Positions 1 to 12,333 of a DNA stretch of 64,000 bases are shown piece after piece. A program made the translations under genes and the position numbers. The stretch comes from Okamejei kenojei (lineage: Eukaryota): assembly GCA_035221665.1 (NCBI GenBank), contig CM069158.1, positions 19,902,001 to 19,966,000 of the forward strand, written 5' to 3'. Each line of letters begins with the position of its first letter. Within the stretch, counting starts at the first letter, position 1. Under the pieces are notes generated by a model. That model was not told the origin of the DNA and ran no database searches. It worked only from the letters and a program-made list of their open reading frames with translations.

Positions 1-65
1 ATCTTTCCCATCCATTTCATCTCTAACTCTCCCTCTCCCCATCATCTCCCTATCTCCCCTCTCTA

Positions 66-640
66 TGACGTCATGATGCAGCTGTATAGGACTTTGGCTA
101 GGCCGCATTTGGAGTATTGCTTGCAGTTTTGGTCGCCCCATTACAAGGAAGAATGGGGAGGCTTTGGAAAGGGTGCAGAGGAGGTTTACCAGAACGATGC
201 CTGGATTAGGGGGTATTAACTGCAGGAAGAGGTTGGACAGACTCGGATTGTTTTCACTGGAATACTGGAGTTGCGGGAAGAGCTGACAGAAGTATATAAA
301 ATTATGAGAGGCATAGATAGGGTAGACAGTCAGGATCTTTTCCTCAGGATGCAAAAGTCAAATACTAGAGAGCATAGCTTTGAGGTGAGAGGTGAAAGTT
401 TAAAGCAGATGTGCTGGGCATTTTTTTACACAGAGGGTGGTGACATTGGTACCCTCTGCCAGGAGTGACGGTTGAAGCAGATACATTAGTGGCGTTTAAA
501 AGACTTTTTGATAGGCATATGGATATGCAGGGAATGGAGATATGGGTTATGTGTGGGTAGATGAGTGATGGTCTTGGCATCGTGTTCAGCGCAGGCTTTG
601 TTCTCGTGCTGTACTGTTCTATGTATGCCACATTGTTCTA
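66..640 (+). mobile_element. CR1-clade LINE, 3' fragment (degenerate RT C-terminus and 3' UTR)
   Basis: Translates to LYRTLARPHLEYCLQFWSPHY...EVYKIMRGIDRVD, the typical CR1 ORF2 end; frameshifted. A second partial copy lies at ~717-850. Confidence 0.8.
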
Positions 641-1018
641 TCTCCATCCATCTACACCTCCTTTAGCCTCCTCTTTCTATCCCTCTCTTCTTTCTCTCTT
701 CAAGAGTCAAGAGTCGAAATTATGAGAGGCATAGATAGGATAGAACGTCAGAACCTTTTTCCAAGGATGGAAAAATCAAATAGGGCATAGGTTTAAGGAG
801 AGAGAAGCAACGTTTAAAGGAGATGTGCGGTGCAGGTATTGTTATACAGAATGCCTCCACCACCACACCAGGCTTTGAATTTCAGGCACCCTGTATTGGC
901 TGTGCAAAAAACTTGCCATGCACACCTTCTTTAAACTTTGCCCCTTTCACCTTAAACCTATGGCTTCTGTTCTTTTACAATTCCACCTGGTGGTTCTGAC
1001 TGCACTATCTATACCTTA

Positions 1019-1554
1019 AGGGCCTGTCCTACCAGCATGCGACTCCATGCAGTGAGCGCAAGCTAACGTGGTGGCTTGAGCCGTCCGGAGTTGTGCGGAG
1101 CTGGTCCCGACATCGCGCGGGGCTCCGAAAAACTGACCGTGTTCAAAAATTCCGCGCGGCAACGGCCTGTCGGCCCGCAGTCGCCTGGACGCATTACGCA
1201 CTGCCTCAACGTCATGCCTCCGTGACCCTCTCTATATGTGCCTCCGTGACCCTCCCTGTGTGTGCCTCCGTGGCCCTCTCTCTGTTTGCCTCCGTGCCCC
1301 TCTCTGTGTGTCCCTCTCTGTCCTTGAGAACTTACCTTGCGGAATTCGCTCCAACTTCGCGCCACTTCGTGCCGCGTCGCGCCGCTCACCCGACCTCCGC
1401 GCAGCCCCCGCTGCCGGTTTGGTTGCGCTCGCCGCATGCAGGCGCATGCTGGTGGGATCGGCCCTGTACAGGGATCACTCGACCTCCGCGCGGCCCCCGC
1501 TTCCAGTTTGGTCGCGCTCACCGCATGGAGTCGGATGCTGGTTGGACAGGCCCT
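1019..1554. mobile_element. MITE (non-autonomous DNA transposon), PIF/Harbinger-like
   Basis: ~41-bp terminal inverted repeats (AGGGCCTGTCCTACCAGCATGCGACTCCATGCAGTGAGCGC versus the reverse complement of 1514-1554, 3 mismatches), flanked by TTA at 1016-1018 and 1555-1557. No transposase. Confidence 0.8.
1215..1322. repeat. 24-bp minisatellite inside the MITE (TGCCTCCGTGACCCTCTCTNTNTG, ~4.5 copies)
   Basis: Direct tandem copies visible at 1215, 1239, 1263 and 1287. Confidence 0.85.
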
Positions 1555-2302
1555 TTACAGTGTTTTATATACTTCTGTCAGATCTCTCCTACGCCTCCAA
1601 CTCTATAGAGAAAACAATCCAAGTGAACCTAATTTTTTGACAGAAACTGCATCCCCCAAAGCATCATACATTCACATATTAACATCACATGTAGTCATTT
1701 CGGAACTCTTTAAAATGTACACCACAAATTTTCCCTGTTAGTTCAGGGATTCCTGGAACTTACAGTCTAATGTTAAAGCTAACAACATATGTAATACATC
1801 CCCATTGTACTCTAAGCCCTAACACTCAATCGGTTTCATCCTTTGTCAACAATAAAATCTCACAGAGGATTAGCACACACAATCAGCCCATTTTCCTCTC
1901 TTCAACCGTATCAGCATTTGTGACCTGATCAAACTTTAGCAAATTGTACACACCATTGTGAGGAGAACGTTTATTTCTCCCTGTCGAACGGCAGCTTCTT
2001 TTCAAGGCTCCCTCAGCCTGCGACCTTCGAGCCTCATTAGCTGTGGCGAAGCAGTGTTGAGAGGGTGGGTGAAAAGATCCAACGCGGTCTGTTCTGATGG
2101 AGCCTAACCCGTGCTCTTTCCATTCCCAGACCTGGAGAAGCATCACAGCAGTCCCGTGGCTAACAGGCCTGAAGGAAGCACGGAAAGGATGAAGGCTGGT
2201 AAGAGTAACGAGTGACGAGGTTTTATTCTTCCGTCCTACTCCAGGCATCCCTTCAGTAGTTGATGAGCAACACTGTTGCAAAGTAAGCTGATGGAGCATT
2301 GA

Positions 2303-2571
2303 AAGATACAGCATGGAAACAGGCCCTTCGGCCTACTGAGTCCATGCGGACTGTCGATCCACTAGTTGTATGTTATCCCTCTTTTGCATCCACTACACAC
2401 TAGGGGCAATTTACAGAGGTCAATTAACCTACACACCCGTAAATCTTTGCAATGTGGGAGGAAACTCACAGGGTCACAGGGAGACCATGCAAACTCCAAA
2501 CGGACAGTACCCGAGGTCAGGATCAAACCTGGGGTCTCTGATGCTCTCACCAGCTGAGCCACTGTGGCACC
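2303..2571 (-). mobile_element. tRNA-derived SINE (HE1/V-SINE-like)
   Basis: Same body as the copies at 36387, 39081, 40236 and 58089; CR1-like tail GGCCGAAGGGCCTGTTTCCATGCTGTATCT on the minus strand. Confidence 0.7.
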
Positions 2572-3389
2572 TCTGTTGAAATCATATCCTCTACCTGGGC
2601 CATGTGATTGTACCTGAGTGTCGCCCAGCCAGAGCTCAGAGAGCAACATTGCTACCATATGAAACAAGGTTGACATTTAAAAGTGTTTCACATGCAAACC
2701 ATTTGTCACGGAATATTGCACGGAGACTCCCTGCCAACTGCCGGGGTTCACAGATTCTCTGTGGGGTCGTGCTGCCTGCCTCTTGGACTGAGCATTGGGT
2801 TTGAGCATTTCTATTCAATCTGCTCCAAGGGACACACAGTAACAATTACTCACTTTTATATGGCCCTTCTAAACAAAGTAAAGCATCTCATAGCAGAAGC
2901 ATGATCTAACAACATTTAACACCAAGCCACATAATGGGTGATCCAAAGCTGAGTGGAAGAGTGCAGGTTTAATGAAAGTTTTTTTGAGGAAAGAATGTAG
3001 AGGGATATTACGAGGGGAATTCCAGAGTCTGGGGCCAATGCGGAGGACTAACGAATGCCAAGGAAATGAAGGAGCTGGAATTGAAGATGTCCACTTACCT
3101 TTGATTGGAGGCAATTGTGGAGATCAGAGAATGATTGAGACCATGGAGTGTTTTGAGAATTTTGACATTAGGATATTGTACCACAAGAAACTACTGTCCA
3201 GTAGCAATTCCAAAAAGAGCAGGTCAACAAGCCTACAGACAACATTTAAATGTGAAAATAATTTGAGAGTATATATTCCCAGAAAAATCCCCTCCTTCCC
3301 TTTCCAATTTGCCTTTGGATGGGGCTAGCACCTGCCGTGATTCCAACATATTTCTACCTCATCCTCGATACAGGAGCAGTCCACATCTG

Positions 3390-3920
3390 CATGTACAACA
3401 TGTGGACAGCTATCATGCCTGGCCTGATAAGTGGCTGTCTCCATTGAGGGTCAAACCCACTACCCTTGACATTCAATGGCTGTCATTATTGCCAAATCCT
3501 GCACCCATGACATCACTGGGGGTCTTCATTGACTTGAACCTCAATTAGACCTCAATTGGCGATTGATTCATCTCCTGACACCCATAGCTTTCTCACTTTT
3601 TGGAATGCACGTCAGGAGTGTGATGGAATACTCCCCCACTGGCCTGGATGAGTGAAAGAAGCTCAACATCATCCAGAATAACCACCCTGCATGACCAGTA
3701 CACCATCCACCAGAGCGCTCACACCCTCCTCGAGGGTACAGCATCTATCTTGGTCAGTGGCCAGGCGCTCTTTTACCGCACTTCTCAAATCCAAAATGTC
3801 TAAAGCTGAAGACAACAAGAGTGTGCATGTAGGAATGTGAACATCTTGCAAGTTCCCCTCTAAGCTGCATGTTATCCTTACAGTGAAAAGCATCACCACA
3901 CCCCGATGCTCCATGTAACA
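3390..3920 (+). mobile_element. Old CR1/L2-like LINE remnant
   Basis: Degenerate RT C-terminal motif (HVRSVMEYSPTG, from GTCAGGAGTGTGATGGAATACTCCCC); many stops. Confidence 0.5.
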
Positions 3921-5593
3921 CAATATGGAGTACTTTCCTCACACCCTGCTCAAAGTGGGTTCAGATAGATAGCTCCCCACTACCTCCTCAACGTCAGTTG
4001 AAGAGAGATACTAAATCCTCCTTGTCCCAGCAATGATCACAACCTATGGATGAACTCCTGAGGGATATAGCCAAATGACTTGGATGAAGTCCAAATGACT
4101 TGGATGAAGTCACCCAGAGAGTTGTGAATACGTGCAATTCGCTGCCAGAGAAGGCAGTGGAGGCCAATTCATTGGATGTTTTCAAGAGGGAGTTAGATTT
4201 AGCCCTTAGGACTAAAGGAATCAAGGGATATGGGGAAAAAGCAGGAAAGGGGTACTGATTTTATGTGATCAGCCAAGGAAGATTGCAGCACACGGACACT
4301 AAGCAGGACCGGCTGCAGCTGCTGAGGGCAGGGGAGGGAGCACAGAGCAGGGAGCAGGCTTGGTTCCTGGGCTCCTCATTCACAAATCCCAACTCCATCC
4401 CCAACCTCTCCCAGGTACCAGCAGCCTGCTGCTGACTCACTAGGGGTCCTTGTAGGGAAGGTGCTCTCAAGCTGATCCTGGCTCCCAGGGACTCTGCCTT
4501 CGGCCTACTCCTGGTTTAAAGCCTGTTCTGGTTGTTGGGCGGGCTGTATTCCTGCTGCCGTTGTAATGGTAGCTGCTGCCACCAACTGGTAGCTGTGTTA
4601 AACAGCAAGGCATGTCATAAAATACAGCAGGACACACCGAGCCCATAATTCACTAGAGATAGAGGCATCGAGTTCCTATTGATACGCAGAACAGAATACG
4701 CAGACACTGCTCAGGCTGCTGTCAATGGCACTAAGGCTGCAATGATGTACAGTGGTCAGTCCTGGACAGAAGATTCAAGAATGTTTTATTGTCATATACA
4801 GCAGAAATGAAATGGAACAATGAAATTCGTACCAGCTGCAGCTGTACAGGCACACTAGACTCAATCACAACTGTGATAAATATACAATAAATTATCAGTT
4901 ATTCTAAATATATCAGACCATAATAGTGCAAAAAGCAACTAGCTACAACATAAATCAGTAAAGCAGAGGAACAGGCAATGTCTGTGCCAAATATGATGTA
5001 AAGTTCAATTAATCTCCTCTGCCTGCACATGATCCATATCCCTCGGTTCCCTGCCGACCCCCATGTGTCCATCTAAAAGACTCTTTAATGCCAAGCAGCA
5101 TCCAGGGAGGGAAATGGACAGGCCATGTTTCAGGTCAGTCCCTTCTTCAGCCTCTTCAATTTCAATGCGAGCCATTTTTAAACACCTCAGGAGGACACCT
5201 AAAACAATAAGTGCTATGATATGCTCGACAGTGAAAAGTCCCAATCGGGGATTAGAGATGGATTCTACCAGTCGAGACTGAACCAACAGAACTGCTCCTG
5301 CCAAAATTAAACAATAAAAAAAGGTTACCCCTCCACTCTTCTATAGTTTTTCCCCGCCAGCCCACTACCTCTGGAGCCCTAGTTCATCCAGATTGATTAA
5401 GTGAGATTGAGGTTCAATTTCTATCAATCCTGCTTCAGGTAGGAACTCCCTCCATCCTCCAGCCCTGAAAACAAGCATCAGCATAATTTCCAATAACATT
5501 GGTGCTCTGGTTGCCCAGTTACTATGAACAGTTTTAAACATATTTCTTTTTGCTGGATATTTGCTAATATACTGCTTCTTTATTATTGGCCAG

Positions 5594-6276
5594 CAATGTT
5601 TGCAGTGGAAATTACAGTAGAGAAGGACAATGTGACAGGGGAGACCAAGGTCTTGTCCACCTCTAGTGTATCTCCCACAAGTCTCCAGCAGCAAGGTGTC
5701 AAGGTCTATGAGGATGATCTCAAGGTGATCCATGAAGTGCGTAAGGGTGATGGAGCGGTGGAAAATGGCGTGCATCTTCTGAGCACCTCGGAGGTTGATG
5801 AGCTGATGCAGAAGGCAGACAAGGTGACAGATTACAGTAAAGCTGTGGTTCCCGACGGGAAAGGACATTCTCTTCAACTTGACTCCAATACTCAGTCCCC
5901 AGGAAAGTGGCAAGCTGATGGGATAGCTGGCGAAAATCTTAAAATCCTTCGGAAAACGCCCGGAGACGGTGCGGAGCCCAGCAAAGACCAGCCGGTGACC
6001 ATGATTTTCATGGGATACCAGGATGTGGAGGATGAGAACGAGACCAAGAAGGTGCTGGGGTACGACGGGACAGGGAAGGCCGAGCTGGTGATGATTGAGG
6101 ATGGTGACGGCAAGAACGAGCGGGTGGTTGCAGTTCAAGGCCCACCCAATGGCACAGCCGCAGAGCCTGGAAGCCCAGCTGCCGAGGAGAAGCCCGGTGG
6201 GAAGGAGAAGGAGGCGATGGATGAGGCCAAGGACCTCAAGGATAAACAGCGTTGCCAGTGCTGCATCGTGATGTGA
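5594..6276 (+). CDS. PALM: Paralemmin family protein, last coding exon (most likely paralemmin-1)
   Basis: Acceptor CAG at 5591-5593 (phase 1). Encodes AMFAVEITVEKD..TGETKVLS, GVKVYED, EVDELMQKAD, PVTMIFMGYQDVED..ETKKVLG and a basic-CaaX end KQRCQCCIVM*. Family assignment is firm; PALM versus PALM2/PALM3 is inferred from the EVDEL-KAD motif and the neighbours. Upstream exons were not identified. Confidence 0.85.
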
Positions 6277-9200
6277 TTACGTGCCGTCATGCTCTTGTTG
6301 TACAGTTGGAATGTTATATGTTCATAGTCTTCATGTCTTCTAACATAACACGTGCTTTTAATTGGGGATGCAAGGTTCACAGCCCATTCATGACTTAGCA
6401 GAAGACTGCAGTTTTATAGTATCTCAGTAAACCTCATTAAAAAAATCTGAAATTGGCCAAGGATTACCCAAAACATCTCTTTAGTACCCTTCCATGACAT
6501 TATCATGTCATGACAATACTGTAATTTCCTGTCAAATTCATCTATTGTAGAGATGCATTAAAAACCCAAGAGGCAGCAAAGAGTGGAAATAGTATTGCAA
6601 TTAATTATGTAAAGTTGCACTTGCCCAGGTGGTGGAGCAGGGTACTGTTTCAGGTGGGCTATAGTGTTCCGCGTTTGGAAGCTTGGTCATCCTTCCTGAC
6701 CTGACCTTCACCAGCCTGGTCAATCAAGGCTCTCAACTGGTTGAAAAGATCCCTTCAACAGCAGGCCAGAGCAGGGCCATTATTCCTCCAGTGACTCTCG
6801 CCAAAGCTTGGGAGATTGAATGAAAAGTTTATGAAAAATGTTGCCAAGCAAAGGTGACATGTCTAAATTAGAAAAATTAAAATATGACACAATAGGAAAG
6901 GGGGGGCAGAAAGCAAGTGAGTGATTTTGTTTAATTTCAGGTTTTTCGTATAACATTTGGTAGTTCAAATCAGCAATGCAGTAATAAAGCTGGACATTTC
7001 CCATATGTGTCTCCATTACTGTAAATAGTTTTATTTCAATATAACAATTCTTGGAGTGAAGCCAGACAACACAGCCCTGGCTGAGACGTATGAATTAAGA
7101 ATAAAAAGTTCAAAATTAATGGTGCCATTCAACTTCTGGCTTCATATTCTGTCATCTGGTCGGTGAACAAACTCTGTGTGCACGTCCACAGTCTTTGCTC
7201 TGGTGCCTCTTTCGAGTCATTTTAGCCCTTCATTAAACCACAGTGCCATTTGATTCTGCCTATCTACTTCACGGTAATATATGATGCCTTAAGTCATCTG
7301 AATAAGCAAAAATAAACCAGCATAAGCATTGTTTTTTGATCATTTTGCATTATAATTAGTTTATCAGAAGAGTTACAGAGAACCTACTTCTAGGCAAAGT
7401 TGGAACAGCTGAGGACAAATCCACTTCATTGGGACCTGGTAAACAACCTTTTGGTTGAGTTCAAAGCCAGCGACGTTTTTGAGAGGCGTGAAGCTCGATT
7501 ATTTTGGTTGTTTTATAACATAAGACCACGTTAATTCATGTTGTTCAAACCACAGGTTCAGTGATCATTTAAATCACCGCAGGACCTCCTTTAAAAACAG
7601 GAATTTCTAATCCTGATTTTCTTTCTGAATCAAAGGAGAATAGGTTATTCCACTGAATCATGGAGTGGACTGATTAATTTATAATCAAGCACTTAAAATC
7701 TCAATTTCTTCAACAAAATCAAAGTACGTCTTGCTTACCGACATACTATCAATGCTGATTTACATTTAGTTGCATTTGCCATGCCAAAATGATAACTGAA
7801 GTATCTTAGTAACTCTGCAAAGCTGTCTAATCCATTGGGATTTTCTGAATCATTGCATCCCTGATTTGAATACACTTTTCTATGTCACACTTAAATCAGA
7901 TCAACATATCTTATACACTGCCAGTCACCATGCACAACTCTCTCTCTCTCTATATATATATACATATATATGTCTGATATGTAACAATGGGACCATTTTA
8001 TTTTTTCTGTGCATGTTCTCTAGTTGCTGGACATTGTGAAAGTAGCTGAATGACTGTTCTTTTGTTGCTTTACTACAAACTGTCTGGAAGCTTTTTCATC
8101 ACCAACTAACCTTCAATGTCATGAAATCAGAGGTTGTCTGTATCAGTGTCATTTAGGTGAAGGCTGTTCAGTGGTAGCAGGTGAAGGTGCCTACAAGAGG
8201 TCCTCAGAATCAATCATTCATTCAAATGAAAGTCAGGTGCAGCAAAAACCCAGTGATTTCTATTCAGCTCTGAACTGACTTCCAGTTTGATTCTAGTCGA
8301 CACAAGACTGCATTACATAAGAACACGTATCACTCTGCTCCAGTGCCAAGTCCATGAAGTGTCTGTGGGATGGAGGGAGAATCCAGGCCGAACAGGAACT
8401 CGTCCGATTTCTCTAATCTCAGCAGTCACGTTTATTTGATTGCTTTGTGATTCCAGGCATACCAAAGATCCCGCCAAATTATATCACCATGAGAGTTGCT
8501 TTACTGGTTGGATTAATGGCAACGTTATTGCAAGTGACCAATCAAGACAATCAAATTTCCCTTAAAATAATTTCATAATTTTATTGCTCTGCATGAACTA
8601 TAATTGAAAATTCTTACCCTTGGAGGACAATATATAATATATATATATTATATATAAATATCTATATACATACATATATCTATTTTTAAACACAATGCCT
8701 TGGGAATGGCATTCGCCATGTGTTAGACTTTACCGAGTGATAGGCACAGCACCAAGGACATGATAGGCTCCATCAGGCACGATGCCACTGAGCATGTTCA
8801 TTAGACAAATAAAGTAGTCCCATTTTATTCAAACACATTCCAGGGGTCTGTGGCACTAGCGTTCTCACATAAATTCCTAGGCAAGGCCCATGTGTAAGCA
8901 TAACACACAGTTCCTTGAAATAGTATGCCCCACATCTGCAGTGTGCTAGTGGATTTCTGAGACATGAGGCTACAGCTCTCTGTACCAGAGAGGCAAGGAT
9001 CATTCTGAGTGCAGATTCCCATCATGTGTCGGAAGTTAGGCTTTGTAACTAGTCCGTGTTCTTAGTTGTTGAGTGCTGGTATGAGCTATGTTGTAAAGAT
9101 GGAAACCCTTATCAATTTCTCCTCTATTGCACTCCATTCCAAAATCCTATGGCATATCAATGGATTCTCTAGGAGCTTTTAAACATACTGTCCAAAAGAC

Positions 9201-10040
9201 TATCTTACAGCATTAACCAGATAAAAGATTCCTATTATTAAACCTTAACGAAGGTGCACAAAGTGTGCTTTAATTATAAATTGCAAATGTTTGTCTAACT
9301 TTATGTTTTAAAATGAAAGCTTTGGGTTTTTTTTAAATATCAGTTCCCATTGAAAATTTTACTAAAAGAAAATGTACTGCATATATTTTTGTTATGACAT
9401 CTTATACTTACTCTTGAGTTGTGGTGTGCTCAGTAATTACACACCCATACACCTCAATATGGCTGTCTGAGGTGGTCAAATGCTTATTTGGTAAAGCATA
9501 GTCTCTGGACTCGTACAGGATGAGTTATATATGCTGTATCATGTTTGCTCTGTATTACAGAATCTCAACAAATCCTTTAGGATGAATTCAATGCCTACAG
9601 ATTTTTTTTTTTGTGAGGGAAGATTGTATGAGGAATGCAATGCAGTTCACTCCTCTTAGGGGCACATGCCAACAGAATGACTGGTGACACTTGGTGAAAA
9701 ACTAGCCATGATGACTGGACTACCTCCTGAGACCTCTCACCAATAGAGCCGATCTATCAACCATTAATAACTAACGGGACATTATTTAATAATGTCGACT
9801 GCCTGCACCACTGACATGAATCAACATTGATTGACATCAAAAGCAAGAGGTCTGGTACCTGCCTGATAGGAGGAAAGTCTTTAAAGTATGGCATTTCATT
9901 TGACTGGGTAGATAGAAATTAAAAGTTAAAGATAAAAGTCAGGGAGCTCACATGCCTCTAGGTGGAGTCAACTGCATTTCATTGTTTGAACCAATGTGAA
10001 ATTCAATACGCAAAAATGTATAGCAATCAAAAATAAAATC
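6277..10040 (+). other. Probable long 3' UTR of the paralemmin gene
   Basis: AT-rich, no recognisable transposon for ~3.8 kb; AATAAA at 7100-7105 and 10032-10037; (CT)n(AT)n at ~7938-7970 and an AT-rich tract at ~8630-8682. The end point is inferred. Confidence 0.45.
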
Positions 10041-10366
10041 TAGATGTGGTTAAATGCAATGTCATCAATGTGAGTAAATGCAAGAACAAGACTTAATACG
10101 AAGCTAAGAGAACAACTACAAATGGGATAAGAAAACGGTCTGCATTTCACCTGGTAGGATTTGCCAATGATTATCAGAGCAATCGGTTTTCCAGGTAAAC
10201 GTGTATTCAGTTTTGCAAATCCTTTATATTTAAACATGTTTTGGCCATATCCACATGTTTGATCTGTGCAGCTTTGCAAATCCCCGCAGCTGAGAAACCT
10301 TCAGGTATTTCTGATCATATATCACTTGGCTTGGTTGACTTTAACCTTTGGTGATTCTTGTGCTTA

Positions 10367-10605
10367 GACTGATCCCATTCATTTCTTGGGATATGGTCAC
10401 CCCGATTCCACGCATCTAGTTACCTCAATCCCAATGATTTCCTTGGACCTTGTGATCCCTGATCCCATTGATTTCCTTGATTCTGGCTATCTCCAACTCC
10501 CTGGAACCCATGACATTGATCCTGCAGATTCTCCTGCACCTGGTGAGGTGACTTCTGATCCCATTGGTTTTCCTGGATCTACTGACCTGATCCCAATATT
10601 TTCCA
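10367..10605. repeat. Degenerate minisatellite (core CTGATCCCATTGATTTCC)
   Basis: Core recurs at ~10369, 10428, 10459, 10555 and 10587. Confidence 0.6.
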
Positions 10606-11444
10606 TTAACCTGGAGAAACTCAGCGGGTGCAGCAGCATCTATGGAGTGAAGGAAATAGGCAACATTTTGGGCCGAAACCCTTGTGATTTCCATCGTCTT
10701 TCCTCCATTGTTGGACTTTAGTTATCTGGTTCGGTTTGCTGTTCATATTGTTTCTAATGTACTGAGCTCCAATGCAGAATGGTAGCTCATTGCTGGTGTA
10801 TAGCATTTTCTTCAGAAGGTTCCATCTCCTTCCTGATTGTTTTCCTGATTACAAGCCAGTCCGAGGAAACTGCTCAGTTCCTCTCATCTCCATGGGCGGG
10901 CTTTCCTCTTCTGGCTGGATGCTGCATGTTAGGTATCCTAGGAAGTATCAAGCTGACATCTTCTTCATCCTTCCCTCCTTTATTAGGTGTCTGGGGAGCA
11001 TTAAACCAACCGCATTGACACTAGGTTGATAGTTGATGAAGGGAAGACACTCTTGAAGTAACCATCTACAAAAATAAAACTACTGTTACAGATTAGGGAG
11101 AAGAAGATACACAAGATACAAGATACATTTATTTGTCACGTGTGCCAATTGGCACAGTGAAATGAAATCACCATACAGCCATACAGTACAAATAAAGAAC
11201 ACAACACAGAGTAGATGGAATTCAACATAAAACGTCCGCACACAGCAGGATCAAAATTTCCCACTGTGAGGGAAGGCACCAAAGTCAGTCTCTTCCCCTG
11301 ATGTTCCCCACTGTTCACCGACGGTCGGGGCCTGCCCCAGCCCTCCGCAGTCGCTGCTACAGGCGGCCCGATGTTCAGGCCCTCTTGCCGGGGTGATGCA
11401 AGTCCGGGGTGATATTGAAGATAAGATGTTTGTGCCGCAACATG

Positions 11445-11797
11445 TGGACACGCTAGAGGCAGGAAACATGTTCCCGATGTTGGGGGAGTCCAGAATCAGG
11501 GGCCACAGTTTAAGAATAAGGAGTAAGCCATTTAGAACGGAGACGAAGAAACACTTTTTAACAGAGAGTGGTGAGTCTGTGGAATTCTCTGCCTCAGAGG
11601 GCGGTGGAGGAGGGTTCTCTGGATGCTTTCAAGAGAGAGCTAGATAGGGCTCTTAAAAATAATGGAGTCAGGGGATATGGGGAGAAGGCAGGAACGGGGT
11701 ACTGATTGGGGATGATCAGCCATGATCACAGTGAATGGCGGTGCTGGCTCAAAGGGCCGAATGGCCTACTCCTGCACCTATTGTCTATTGTCTATTG
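11445..11797 (+). mobile_element. CR1-clade LINE 3' end with (CTATTGT)n tail
   Basis: MFPMLGESRIRGHSLRIR motif, 3' stem GGGCCGAATGGCCTACTCCTGCACC, tandem tail CTATTGT x3. Confidence 0.85.
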
Positions 11798-12039
11798 TAA
11801 CATCTAAAGTTTCCACCAGGTCTTTCATGTGTGTGGGATCTGCCCGTGCTCAATGTTTCTACCGTTAGATTGTTCCTCAGAAGTCCCACTGGGAAAATAA
11901 TCCAGAGGTGGTGACAGCAGTTAGGAAGATGGCACGAGTAGAATCATCAGCAATCAGTGCTCCCCTGTTAGTGGCAGTGAGGAGGATCCAGGACACACAT
12001 ACAGAGATAACTCAGGATACCTGTTGGTAAATGACAGAC

Positions 12040-12333
12040 CTCCAGATTCAGGGCGTTTCTTCCCAGTTGTTATCAGACAACTGAACCATTCTACCGCAGC
12101 TAGAGGACACACCTGAACTACTATCTACCTCATTGGTGACCATCGGACTATCTTTGATCATACTTTACTGGTTTTACCTTGCATTAAACATTATTCCCTT
12201 ATCATGTATCTGTACACTGTGAATGGCTTGATTGTAACCAAGTATTGTCTTTCCGCTAACTGGTTAGCACGCAACAAAAGCTTTCCATTGTACCTCCATA
12301 CTTGTGACAATAAACCAAACTGAACTGAACTGA
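12040..12333 (+). mobile_element. Rex1/L2-like LINE 3' end
   Basis: Degenerate RF...FFPVVIRQLN end motif, followed by AATAAA and an (AACTG)n tail. Confidence 0.55.

Noticed and set aside
1215-1322. CRISPR-like array (also considered for 10367-10605 and 59270-59690)
   Set aside because: Tandem units without unique spacers, no cas genes, vertebrate context.
4071-4110. 20-bp tandem duplication CCAAATGACTTGGATGAAGT
   Set aside because: Simple local duplication next to a CR1 fragment; no sign of function.
1600-5590. Upstream paralemmin exons
   Set aside because: No candidate with both splice signals and a recognisable paralemmin peptide; small divergent exons could have been missed.
5524-5593. 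Hydrophobic N-terminus of the 250-aa ORF as a signal or TM segment
   Set aside because: It is the intron polypyrimidine tract upstream of the CAG acceptor.
5365-6138. 257-aa minus-strand ORF
   Set aside because: Antisense shadow of the paralemmin exon; no recognisable motif.
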